Position numbers and translations under genes: made by a program. Below the pieces are notes generated by a model that was not told where the DNA came from, made no database searches, and saw nothing but the letters and a program-made list of their open reading frames with translations. From positions 128,001 through 192,000 of the forward strand of contig CAWHCF010000020.1 of NCBI GenBank assembly GCA_963827655.1: 64,000 nucleotides of DNA. The letters are read 5' to 3'. Below, in pieces: positions 42,890 to 53,967 of this stretch (position 1 is the stretch's first letter; each line of letters starts with the position of its first letter). The DNA comes from an uncultured Acidobacteriota bacterium (lineage in GTDB: Bacteria > Acidobacteriota > UBA6911).

Positions 42890-43089
42890 AGCCCTTGAAA
42901 GATCTCGACCGTGGAAGCGGAGATGTGTGCTTCCACCCCCTGGTGCACGAGTTGATACGGAACGCTGTAGTAGTGGCGCTCGATCTCGATATGGTAATCG
43001 ATATTCACTCGCGCCTTCTTCCATTGTGCGAAGGTGAAAGCTTCAGGAGGTAGAGGTTTCAATGCGGGACGGTCGAGCTCTTCGAACAT
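42890..43089 (-). mobile_element. istA: IS21-family transposase (IstA) internal fragment
   Basis: FEELDRPALKPLP....FAQWKKARVNIDYHIEIERHYYSVPY; ~66 codons only. Confidence 0.8.
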
Positions 43090-43115
43090 AGTTTAGATCG
43101 CAACTGGGAGGAAGC

Positions 43116-43655
43116 ATGGAAACATCTCAAATCACCGTTAGTCCAGTCCAGAAGAATATTCAAACTATTATCAAGCTCGAAGAAGAGGCGTTTCACAACC
43201 TGTCATCCGGAGAGCGCATCAGCAATACCATTGCCCGCTTTGTCGGTCGAATGAGCTTTGCTATTTATCACATCATTTGGTTTGGAGTATGGGCCCTGAT
43301 AAACACCGGCTTGATTCCAACTATCGAACCGTTCGACGCTTTCCCGTTTACTTTGCTAACAACACTCGTGTCTCTTGAGGCAATTTTTCTGTCGATTTTC
43401 TTATTGATCAATCAAAACGCCATGAGCCGGCAGTCTGACCATCGCGCGCATCTGGATTTGCAAGTCAATCTTCTTGCCGAGCAAGAGGCCACCCAAATGC
43501 TCAGGATGATCCGGCGAATCTGCCGAAAATTCGAAATAGAAGTCGATGACCTCTATGAGGAACTTGATCACTTGGAAAAGAAAACTGATGTCCATGACGT
43601 GGTGAATGAACTCAAGGAAAAGCTTCCCAGCGAAAACAGCAATGGCAAAACCTAA
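43116..43655 (+). CDS. DUF1003 domain membrane protein
   Basis: GGAGG RBS; FD.FPF.LL...VSLEAIFLS.F.LI.QN, LDLQVNLLAEQE. Confidence 0.9.
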   Translation: METSQITVSPVQKNIQTIIKLEEEAFHNLSSGERISNTIARFVGRMSFAIYHIIWFGVWALINTGLIPTIEPFDAFPFTLLTTLVSLEAIFLSIFLLINQNAMSRQSDHRAHLDLQVNLLAEQEATQMLRMIRRICRKFEIEVDDLYEELDHLEKKTDVHDVVNELKEKLPSENSNGKT

Positions 43656-44114
43656 ACTCGTTCCAACCTGCTAAGGCCTTCGGGGTTGCCGACGAATCTG
43701 TTATTAAACACACTCAGGGGGATTTGGATGTAACAATGGCTGCTGCATTTTCACTTTTCATGGAAGAGAGCTACGAACAGGGTGGCTTCGCCGGTGTCCC
43801 GGAGTTTTCCCGCTCCAATCCAAAAGTCAGGCCGTTCAACGGAGTCGGTTTCAAAACACATCCTCGCGGACGCCGCCTGGGCTCCTGGGCGTGGGACTTT
43901 CCGGGATTGTCGCTGATGAAGCGCTGCTCCTTCTTCCCTCTGATTGCCCGGTCCCATCCGGTTGAGTGTTTGGTGAAGTCTCTTGAAGAACAATTGACGA
44001 CGCCCGGCGTGGGGATGAAAAACGCGCGCCCGCACTTCGTGGTTAGAGCTGTTTAACAAATACCACGAAGACTCAAAGACACGAAGAAACACAAACGCAA
44101 GCCGCAACCTGGTT

Positions 44115-47100
44115 CTACCAGGTCAGCCGAAGCGTCAGTTGCAAGAGGCGAGCCCCGATGTCGGAGAACTGATTGGTGATAATCCCCGTGGTCGCGTTCG
44201 GCATCGCCGTGCCCGGCGTGTTGAAGACGTTAAAGAAGTCTATGTTGAACCGCAGAAACACGGTTTCCGTAAGCGGAATGGCCTTGAAGGCCGACGCATT
44301 CATCGACCATCGAATCGGGCCCGAAACGAACTGGTTCTGCAAGGGGTGCAGGTTCGGGTTGTAAGCGACTCGCTGGACCGTCCCGTTGTTCAAAGGCACA
44401 AACACGGTGTTGGTTTCATAGAACTGAAACAACGGATCGCTCGGGTTGCCGCCGTCCTTCGGAGTGGGGATCAGCCAGGTCTGGAACGGTCTGTAGCTGT
44501 CGGGAACTCCCATCACGCCGTTCGGCTTCCCGTTGCTGTCATAGCTGTTGATCCGGTTCGCCGGGATGTAGCCGTTGTAATAGAGCCACCCGTCGTAGCA
44601 AACCCCGCTCCGGCAGTCCTGGATCGGGTATTTCTTGCCGTAGACCTCCACTTTGTTGGCAGGACCGTACATCGTAGTCGGCAGCTGAAAATGCCGGCTG
44701 ATGAGCGCTCCATTGCCGGCGATCTGCCAGCCGCCGATCAGGCCATTGATGAAACCGTTGGTGTTGCCTCCCAGAAGCTTGCCGCGGCCGAAAGGCAGAT
44801 CCACGATCCAGTTCCAATTCACGCGATGCTTGGGAATGCCGATGTCTCGCCGGTAGAAGAGATACCGGTTGCGCTCGTTGTAATTCTGGGGGACGGCTCC
44901 CGGCATGAAGAGGTTAGGCTCCACTATAACATCGTCGCGCCAGCCGTCGCCGGCGACGCGCAGCGCGTTGCTCATGACGTAGAAGACCTGAAAGCCCAAG
45001 CCCTGAGAGAAACGGCGCTGGAATTCAGCCACGAAGCTGCTGTTATTCGACCAGCCGGTTTTCTGATATTGCCGGAGGGTGCCGAAGACTTCCCGATCGA
45101 AATTCCTCCGGGCCACGTCGGCGAAAGGGCCGGTAGGAAGAGGTTCGCCTGTGGTGGCGTGCCAGACATAGGCGTTGGGCGCATCGTTGTAGGAGTACCA
45201 CTGCGACAGTCTGGCGCCGTGTGTGCCGACGTAGCTCAGCCTCAGGCTCGTGTCGCCGAGAATCTCCTTCTCCAGCGTGAGGTTCCACTCCTGCGCGCGC
45301 GCCGTCGGCTGGTGCGGGTTGAGGTAGTGAGCCTGCGCGCTGCCCCGGGTAATGCCCGTGATCGTGTTGAGGTCGAGCGCGTCCTTGCTGTTGACCCCGG
45401 CAATGATCGTGGGCACGGAGCGCAACAGGTAGTTCGGCAACCCGTCAGGGCTCTGCTGGGCGACATTGGGATCGTTCGCGAAAGTAGCGGTGGTCGGCAC
45501 GATCGCTCGTGTGTCTCCGGTATAGAGCCGGATCGACTCGGGGAAAGCGTAGATCGCGTAGCCGCCCCGCAGGACGATGGGACGATCGAGCGACCCGATC
45601 CGCAGGGCGAAACCCGCGCGCGGTCCGAAGTCCCACTTGTTCGCGTAGATCAGGCTGTCGGGCAGGCCCGCCTCGGCCGGCGTTTCATACTTTACGCCGA
45701 GGTCCGCATAGGCCTTCGCGATGGTCGGGTGCACGTGACGCAGACTCGCCAACTCCTCGATCGACGCCCCCAGCATGATCGCTTTCGTCTTGGGGTTGAA
45801 GCCGACCAGGCTATTGTCCCGTTCCTTGGCGGGATGGTTGTACTCGTAGCGCAATCCGAGGTTCAGGGTCAGCCGTGAATTCACCTTGAAGTTGTCCTGG
45901 AAGTAGGCGGCGGTCTCGCCTGTCCTCAGGCGGAAAAACGATCGGTAAAACCTTGCCTGGTATCTTGCAATTCCCAGGTACAGGTTGGCGGCGTTGTGGC
46001 CGGTGAACGGGACGCCGCCGTAGGCTGAACCGGAGGCGGGATCGTAAAGCGCCGTGCCGAGCGAGGCAAACGTGAGCCTGCCCATGGTCTCCTGCTGGTC
46101 GGGAAGGATCTCGAGATCCTCGTAGCGCCACCGCCCGCCGAATTGAAACTCGTGCCGGCCGCGCACCTTGGTGAAATTCTGATCCACGCTGTAGATCCGG
46201 CTGAAGTCGATGTTCAGATTGGCGCTGGAGTCATAGTCCATCCCGAACCCGGTGTCTTGAATCCGAGGGAACCCGACGCCGGTGAATGGGTTCGGGACTC
46301 CGAGCCGAGCCGACAGGTTCTCGAGCGAGATCGGCGTTATGTTCCGGTTGTCCCGCTGCACGCTGAAGGTGGTCTCGCTGAAGAAGGTGGGCGAAACCGT
46401 GCGGTTCCACGATACCACGCCGCTGTCGTTGGACTGGTCGTCCGCCCTGGCATTCGCCAGCCCGTCCAGCGTGGTCGGCGCCGTGCGCCAGCGCCGACGT
46501 CAACCAGTTATAGGCAGGGTTGTGCGAATAACGGAAGAAGATCTGGTCGCGGCTGGAGAGCTGATGGTCGACCCGTGTCGTCACGGTATCCTGGTTGTTG
46601 TTGTTGAACCCGAGCCCAAACCAGTTATCGCCCACGAGCGGGTTCACGTTAGGGTGGGTGGGCAGAGGAGTGACGTTATAGAGGTAGGTGGCCAGCGGGC
46701 TACGGCGGTTGACCGGAATTCGATTGCCCGGGAAAGCCTGCCGCCGCCAGCCGGCATCGGTCGTCATCGGATCGTACAGGGTGAAGAGGCGCCCCTGGCC
46801 GTCGACAAGACCGCTGAAGTCGCCTTCGCGCATCGCGGCGGTCGGCATGCTCACGGACCTCGTCGAGGACTGCCTCTGACGAAAGCCTTCGTAGGCGAAG
46901 AAGAAGAACGTCCGGTTCCTGCCGTTATAGATGCGGGGCAGGATGACCGGCCCTCCCACCGAGGCGCCGAACTCGTTGCGCACCAGGTGCGGAGGCTTCT
47001 CGTAGTAGTCCTGCCGGGCGCGCGCCACGCCGATGCCGCTGTTGCGGGCGGTTTCGAAGATCGAGCCGTGGATCTCGTTGGTTCCGGCCCGGGTCGTCAG

Positions 47101-47785
47101 GATGACGGTGCCGGGGCGGTTCAGCTTTGCCGACGAGTTGCTGGTCTCGGCCCGGAACTCCTCGATCGTGTCCAGCCCGGGCGGCCGGGCCGGGATCTCC
47201 TGCCACTGGCGGTTCTCCAGAACCGCCCCGTCCTGCAGCATCTCGACGGCATAGCGCAGGCCAAAGACGCGCGGAACCGAGCCCGACTCGAATCCCGGCG
47301 TCGTCATGTAAAGCAGGTTCTGAATATACCGTCCGTTGACGGGCAACTGGTCGATGCGGGCGCGTTCGACCACATTGGCCAGCGTCGGGTTTGTGGTCGT
47401 CACCAGCGGGGTGACGTTGCCGGCCACCGTGATCTCCGTCGCCGCCGCGCGGATCTTAAGCACCGGATTCACCTCGGCGGTCTGGCCGACCTGGAGGGTC
47501 AGTTCGCCTTTCCAGGTTTCCATCGCCGGCATGTCGACGGTGATTTCGATACGGCCCCATTTGCACCGAGGGGAAAAGGTAGAACCCGACCTCCGTGCTC
47601 GCCGTGGTGTACTGCCGCGCAGTCTGGGTGTGAGTGATGGTCACCGTAGCCCCCGGCAGCACCGCGCCCGAGGCGTCCTTGACGGTCCCCTGAATGCTGC
47701 CCGCGCCGGTTTGGCCCCAGCAAGGAACGGATGACAGAAGGAGAAGGAAGAGCGCCGACCACAGCCGCACGGTTTGCCGATTCAT
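44115..47785 (-). CDS. TonB-dependent receptor B, downstream copy (frameshifts near 47548 and 46487)
   Basis: GGGAGG RBS; signal peptide; GSIQGTVKDASGA; TRAGTNEIHGS; terminal RLLQLTLRLTW. Confidence 0.9.
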
Positions 47786-48183
47786 GTTCGACCTCCCGGA
47801 GAGAGGATTTTGTGGAAATTCGAGTTGGCCACGTTATAGCAGGTAGACCGAGAAAAATAAACAAATCGATTGCGATGATTTCGGATTGCGGATTGGGCCG
47901 CAACCGAAGTGGTTTTAGTGTTTTCTTCGTGTCTTTGTGTCTTCGTGGTTAGAGCTGTCTAACAAATACCACTGAGACTCGCTGATGAAGCGCTGCTCCT
48001 TCTTCCCTCTGATTGCCCGGTCCCATCCGGTTGAGTGTTTGGTGAAGTCTCTTGAAGAACAATTGACGACGCCCGGCGTGGGGATGAAAAACGCGCGCCC
48101 GCACTTCGTGGTTAGAGCTGTTTAACAAATACCACGAAGACTCAAAGACACGAAGAAACACAAACGCAAGCCGCAACCTGGTT

Positions 48184-51100
48184 CTACCAGGTCAGCCGAA
48201 GCGTCAGTTGCAAAAGGCGAGCCCCGATGTCGGAGAACTGATTGGTGATTATCCCCGTGGTCGCGTTCGGCATCGCCGTGCCTGGCGTGTTGAAGACGTT
48301 AAAGAAGTCTATGTTGAAGCGCACGAAAACGGTTTCCGTAAGCGGAATGGCCTTGAAGGCCGACGCATTCATCGACCAGCGAATCGGGCCTGAGACGAAC
48401 TGGTTCTGCAAGGGGTGCAGGTTCGGGTTGTAAGCCACTCTCTGGACCGTCCCGTTGTTCAAAGGCACAAACACGGTGTTGGTTTCATAGAACTGAAACA
48501 ACGGATCGCTCGGGTTGCCGCCGTCCTTCGGAGTGGGGATCAGCCAGGTCTGGAACGGTCTGTAGCTGTCGGGCACTCCCATCACGCCGTTCGGTTTCCC
48601 GTTGCTGTCATAGCTGTTGATCCGGTTCGCCGGGATGTAGCCGTTGTAATAGAGCCACCCGTCGTAGCAAACCCCGCTCCGGCAGTCCTGGATCGGGTAT
48701 TTCTTGCCGTAGACCTCCACTTTGTTGGCGGGACCGTACATGGTAGTCGGCAGCTGAAAATGCCGGCTGATGAGCGCTCCATTGCCGGCGATCTGCCAGC
48801 CGCCGATCAGGCCATTGATGAAACCGCTGGTGTTGCCCCCGAATAGCTTGCCGCGCCCGAAAGGAAGATCCACGATCCAGTTCCAATTCAAGCGATGCTT
48901 GGGAATGCCGATGTCTCGCCGGTAGAAGAGATACCGGTTGCGCTCGTTGTAATCTTTGGGGGACGGCTCCCGGCATGAAGAGGTTAGGCTCCACTATAAC
49001 GTCGTCGCGCCAGCCGTCGCCGGCGACGCGCAGCGCGTTGCTCATGACGTAGAAGACCTGAAAGCCCAAGCCCTGAGAGAAACGGCGCTGGAATTCAACC
49101 AAGAAGCTGTTGTTATTCGACCAGCCGGTTTTCTGATACTGCCGGAGGGTGCCGAAGACTTCCCGATCGAAATTCCTCCGGGCCACGTCGGCAAAAGGGC
49201 CGGTAGGAAGAGGTTCGCCTGTGGTAGCGTGCCAGACATAGGCGTTGGGCGCATCATTGTAGGAGTACCACTGCGACAGTCTGGCGCCGTGTGTGCCGAC
49301 GTAGCTCAGCCTCAGGCTGGTGTCGCCGAGAATCTCCTTCTCCAGCGTGAGGTTCCACTCCTGCGCGCGCGCCGTCGGCTGGTCTGGGTTGAGATAGTGA
49401 GCCTGCGCGCTGCCCCGGGTAATGCCCGGGATCGTGTTGAGGTCGAGCGCGTCCTTGCTGTTGAGCCCGGCAATGATCGTGGGCACGGAGCGCAACAGGT
49501 AGTTCGGCAGCCCGTCAGGGCTCTGCTGGGCGACATTGGGATCGTTCACGAAAGTAGCGGTGGTCGGCACGATCGCTCGTGTGTCTCCGGTATAGAGCCG
49601 GATCTGACTCGGGGAAGGCGTAGATCGCGTAGCCGCCCCGCAGGACGATGGGACGATCGAGCGACCCGATCCGTAGCGCGAAACCCGCGCGCGGTCCGAA
49701 GTCCCACTTGTTCGCGTAGATCAGGCTGTCGGGGAGCCCCGCCTCAGCCGGCGTCTCGTACTTTACGCCGAGATCCGCATAGGCCTTCGCGATGGTCGGG
49801 TGCACGTGCCGCAGACTCGACAACTCCTCGATGGACGCCCCCAGCACAATGGCTTTTGTCTTGGGGTTGAAGCCGACCAGGCTATTGTCCCGTTCTTTGG
49901 CGGGATGGTTGTACTCGTAGCGCAATCCGAGGTTCAGGGTCAGCCGTGAATTCACCTTGAAGTTGTCCTGGAAGTAGGCGGCGGTCTCGCCTGTCCTCAG
50001 GCGGAAAAACGATCGGTAAAACCTTGCCTGGTATCTTGCAATTCCCAGATACAGGTTGGCGGCGTTGTGGCCGGTGAACGGGACGCCGCCGTAGGCTGAA
50101 CCGGAGGCGGGATCGTAAAGCGCCGTGCCGAGCGAGGCAAACGTGAGCCTGCCCATGGTCTCCTGCTGGTCGGGAAGGATCTCGAGATCCTCGTAGCGCC
50201 ACCGCCCGCCGAATTGAAACTCGTGCCGGCCGCGCACCTTGGTGAAGTTCTGATCCACGCTGTAAATCCGGCTGTAGTCGATGTTCAGATTGGCGCTGGA
50301 GTCATAGTCCATCCCGAACCCGGTATCTTGAATCCGAGGGAACCCGACGCCGGTGAATGGGTTCGGGACTCCGAGCCGAGCCGACAGATTCTCGAGCGAG
50401 ATCGGCGTTATGTTCCGGTTGTCCAGCTGCACGCTGAAGGTGGTCTCGCTGAAGAACGTGGGCGAAACCGTGCGGTTCCACGAGACCACGCCGCTGTCGT
50501 TGGACTGGTCGTCCGCCCTGGCATTCGCCAGCCCGTCCAGCGTGGTCGGCGCCGTGCCCAGCGCCGACGTCAACCAGTTATAGGCGGGGTTGTGCGAATA
50601 CCGGAAGAAGATCTGGTCGCGGCTGGAGAGCTGATGGTCGACCCGTGTCGTCATCGGTATCCTGGTTGTTGTTGTTGAACCCAAGCCCAAACCAGTTATC
50701 GCCCACGAGCGGGTTCACGTTAGGGTGGGTGGGCAGAGGAGTGACGTTATAGAGGTAGGTGGCCAGCGGGCTGCGGCGGTTGACGGGAATTCGATTGCCT
50801 GGGAAAGCCTGCCGCCGCCAGCCGGAGTCGGTCGTCATCGGATCGTACAGGGTGGAGAGGCGCCCCTGGCCGTCGACAAGACCGCTGAAGTCCCCTTCGC
50901 GCATCGCGGCGGTCGGCACGCTCACGGACCTCGTCGAGGACTGCCTCTGACGGAAGCCCTCGTAGGCGAAGAAGAAGAACGTCCGGTTCCTGCCGTTATA
51001 GATGCGGGGCAGGATGACCGGCCCTCCCACCGAGGCGCCGAACTCGTTGCGCACCAGGTGCGGAGGCTTCTCGTAGTAGTCCTGCCGGGCGCGCGCCACG

Positions 51101-51855
51101 CCGATGCCGCTGTTGCGGGCGGTCTCGAAGATCGAGCCGTGGATCTCGTTGGTTCCGGCACGGGTCGTCAGGATGACGGTGCCGGGACGGTTCAGCTTTG
51201 CCGACGAGTTGCTGGTCTCGGCCCGGAACTCCTCGATCGTGTCCAGCCCGGGGGGCCGGGCCGGGATCTCCTGCCACTGGCGGTTCTCCAGAACCGCCCC
51301 GTCCTGCAGCATCTCGACGGCATAGCGCAGGCCAAAGACGCGCGGAACAGAGCCCGACTCGAATCCCGGCGTCGTCATGTAAAGCAGGTTCTGAATATAC
51401 CGTCCGTTGACGGGCAACTGGTCGATGCGGGCGCGTTCGACCACATTGGCCAGCGTCGGGTTTGTGGTCGTCACCAGCGGGGTGACGTTGCCGGCCACCG
51501 TGATCTCCGTCGCCGCCGCGCGGATCTTAAGCACTGGGTTCACCTCGGCGGTCTGGCCGACCTGAAGGGTCAGTTCGCCCTTCCAGGTTTCCATCGCAGG
51601 CATGTCGACGGTGATTTCATACGGCCCCATTTGTACCGAGGGGAAAAGGTAGAACCCGACCTCCGTGCTCGCCGTGGTGTACTGCCGCGCAGTCTGGGTG
51701 TGAGTGATGGTCACCGTAGCCCCCGGCAGCACCGCGCCCGAGGCGTCCTTGACGGTCCCCTGAATGCTTCCGGTGCCGGTTTGGCCCCAGCAAGGAACGG
51801 ATGACAGAAGGAGAAGGAAGAGCGCCGACCATAGCCGCACGGTTTGCCGATTCAT
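48184..51855 (-). CDS. TonB-dependent receptor B, upstream copy (several frameshifts)
   Basis: ORFs 50578..51855, 49515..50690, 48608..49570 and 48184..48891 are collinear with the other copy. Confidence 0.9.
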
Positions 51856-51938
51856 GTTCGACCTCCCGGAGAGAGGATTTTGTGGAAATTCGAGTTGGCC
51901 ACGTTATAGCAGGTAGACCGAGAAAAATAAACAGTAAC

Positions 51939-52024
51939 GATTGCGGATTTCGGATTTCGGATTGAAATTCGTCGTTAGGAAGATCGGATGTCTCGCACGC
52001 CGGCCGCAATCCGCAATCCGCAAT
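51939..52024. repeat. Inverted heptamer arrays (GATT[G/T]CG)n / (CGCAATC)n
   Basis: gattgcggatttcggatttcggattg ... ccgcaatccgcaatccgcaat. Confidence 0.8.
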
Positions 52025-52087
52025 GGATTTGTGGTTGTCGAAAGGAACCTGTTGGAGGTATCGTTAGACGTACGTTTGGAGATTGCA

Positions 52088-52369
52088 ATGCCAAAAGTTC
52101 CCGACATCATTCCCGTGACCGATCTCCGCCAGGATGCAGCCGGGGCACTCAAGCGGGTCCGCTCGTCAAAGCAGCCGCTGGTAATCACACAGCGGGGGCG
52201 CGCGGCCGCGGTGATGCTGAGTATCGAGGCATATGAATCCGCCGAACATGAACGTCAACTGCTGCATCTGTTGGCTCGTGGTGACAAAGAGATTGCTTCT
52301 GGCGACGGATACGATCTTGATGCGGTTCTCAAGGAAGCCGATGCACTCCTCGCACGACTCGGAAAGTGA
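52088..52369 (+). CDS. Phd/YefM family antitoxin
   Basis: IIPVTDLRQ, PLVITQRGRAAAVMLS.EAYE. Confidence 0.9.
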   Translation: MPKVPDIIPVTDLRQDAAGALKRVRSSKQPLVITQRGRAAAVMLSIEAYESAEHERQLLHLLARGDKEIASGDGYDLDAVLKEADALLARLGK

Positions 52370-52668
52370 GAGTCCGCGTTTACGTCTTCAGGTCGTCGTG
52401 AGTTCCTGACGGCTCTGGCTTACATCCAGCGGGAAAATCCAGGGGCAGCGCGAAAGCTGCGACTCAAGGCCGAACGCACCCTTCGCCGACTGAGTCGTAT
52501 CCGAAATCGGGACGACTGATCCCGGAGTTTCCAGATCTCCCGTACCGAGAGGTGATTGTGCCGTCATATCGTTTCTTTTATCGCGTCGAGGCAAAGGTTG
52601 TTTGGGTGGTGGCCGTATGGCACGCAGCGCAACTGCCGGGGGAGCCGGCGAGCGACCGAAGTGTCTGA
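52366..52668 (+). CDS. RelE/ParE family toxin (two apparent frameshifts)
   Basis: GTGA overlap; reconstructed MRVRFTSSGRREFLTALAYIQRENP.AA...SGRLIPEFPDLPYREVIVPSYRFFYR...VVAVWH. Confidence 0.8.
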
Positions 52669-52712
52669 ACACGCGGCGCTCGACCGGGCCGAAGTCCGCA
52701 GTGATGACAACT

Positions 52713-52812
52713 CAATCCGCAATCCGCAATCGATATGGTATTCTCGCTGCCGTGGACAGACTCGCTGCCGATTCGTCTGCAATCCGCAATCCGCAATCCG
52801 CAAATCTGCAAT
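52713..52812. repeat. Heptamer arrays (CAATCCG)n
   Basis: caatccgcaatccgcaatc and gcaatccgcaatccgcaatccgcaaatctgcaatc. Confidence 0.8.
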
Positions 52813-53967
52813 CGGTCGAGGCCCGTACTGCAGCGGAGATGGCGATGGGCGCCTGCGCTAGCGCCGCTATTGGGCGCGGTGCTGCTTTGGGCTCAAAAGG
52901 ATATCGATGTTCGCGCGCATCTGGAGCGGGCTGAACAGGCGCTGCAGCGGAGCGATCCCGAGACCGCAAGGAAAGAACTGCAGGAAGCCGTTCGGCTGAA
53001 TCCCTCGTCCGCGGAGGCCCACGCGCGGCTGGGCATGGTTTACCGCAAGCTGGGTATGCCGGCCCAGGCCGCCGAGTCGCTGGAGCGGGCGGTGCGGCTG
53101 GAGCCGGATCCGCGAGTGAAGGTCTTGCTGGCCTTCAGCTACAAGGAGGCGGGCCGCTACCGGGAAGCCATTCCGCTGCTCGAGGCGAGCTTCGAAAGCG
53201 AACCGAAAGATTCACTCCGGTCCGTGGTCGGGCAGCACCTGGTGGAATGTCATCTATCGGTCGGCGCGAACGAGCGAGCTCTGGCGGTAGTTCAGAAGCT
53301 GCGCCAGATCGCTCCGGACGACCCGGGCGTGCTCTACCTGTCGTCGAAAGTGTACCTGACCCTGTGGAATGGCGCCTTCCAGCGCATGATGGCGAAGGCG
53401 CCCGATTCCTACCAGGTGCACCTGATTCGGGCTGAGGCCCTGGAAGCCCAGGAGAAGTTCGCCGAGGCGGCCGGCGAATACCGGCAAGTCCTGAAAATCG
53501 CCCCGCAGACCGCAGGAATCCATTACCGTCTGGCGCGCATGATCCTTCGGGGCGGCGCGTCCGGGGACGCGGATCAGGAGGCCCTGGCGGAATTTCGCAA
53601 AGAACTGGAGATCAACCCGGGAGATGTTCACGCGATCACAGGTATGGGCGAGATCCACCTCGGCCGGAACCGCCTGGAGGAAGCGGCTCGAAGCTTCCAG
53701 CAGGCCGTCAGTTTGCAACCCGGATATGTGCCGGCCAGAATCGGGTTGGCGAAGATACTGATCGCGGAAAAGCAATGGTCGAATGCCCTCGAGCATCTCG
53801 AGGCCGCGAGCAAGCAAGCGCCTGACGAGGAAGCTGTCGTCTACAACCTCATGATCGTCTATCGGGGACTGGGCCGTTCTGAGGATGCCAGGCGCGCCTT
53901 CGATCAGTTTCAACGCCTGAAGGAGCAGAACCAGCAGAGCCGGCCGAAGGTCACACCGCCGCAATGA
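52735..53967 (+). CDS. Tetratricopeptide repeat protein (start uncertain)
   Basis: Multiple TPR motifs (A.AH..LG, EL..NP); ATGA overlap with the next gene. Confidence 0.88.
   Translation: MVFSLPWTDSLPIRLQSAIRNPQICNRSRPVLQRRWRWAPALAPLLGAVLLWAQKDIDVRAHLERAEQALQRSDPETARKELQEAVRLNPSSAEAHARLGMVYRKLGMPAQAAESLERAVRLEPDPRVKVLLAFSYKEAGRYREAIPLLEASFESEPKDSLRSVVGQHLVECHLSVGANERALAVVQKLRQIAPDDPGVLYLSSKVYLTLWNGAFQRMMAKAPDSYQVHLIRAEALEAQEKFAEAAGEYRQVLKIAPQTAGIHYRLARMILRGGASGDADQEALAEFRKELEINPGDVHAITGMGEIHLGRNRLEEAARSFQQAVSLQPGYVPARIGLAKILIAEKQWSNALEHLEAASKQAPDEEAVVYNLMIVYRGLGRSEDARRAFDQFQRLKEQNQQSRPKVTPPQ

Larger units (their letters stand above)
43910..51933 (-). repeat. Tandem duplication, ~4.07-kb period (43910-47863 / 47979-51933)
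   Basis: Both units start tcgctgatgaagcgctgctcc and end gagaaaaataaaca; ~115-bp linker of heptamer and REP-like sequence. Confidence 0.9.

Noticed and set aside
43751-44107. 118-aa ORF, partly repeated at 47949..48176
   Set aside because: Starts within a REP-like repeat, has no RBS or motif, and is cut by the duplication boundary.
44139-45878. Long antisense ORFs (579 aa here; also 3593..4693, 54561..55709, 28355..29275)
   Set aside because: Shadow frames of real high-GC genes, with no recognisable motifs.
31346-51933. Receptor duplicates as DGR-diversified targets
   Set aside because: Differences are spread along the genes, mostly synonymous and not adenine-specific; no reverse transcriptase in the window.
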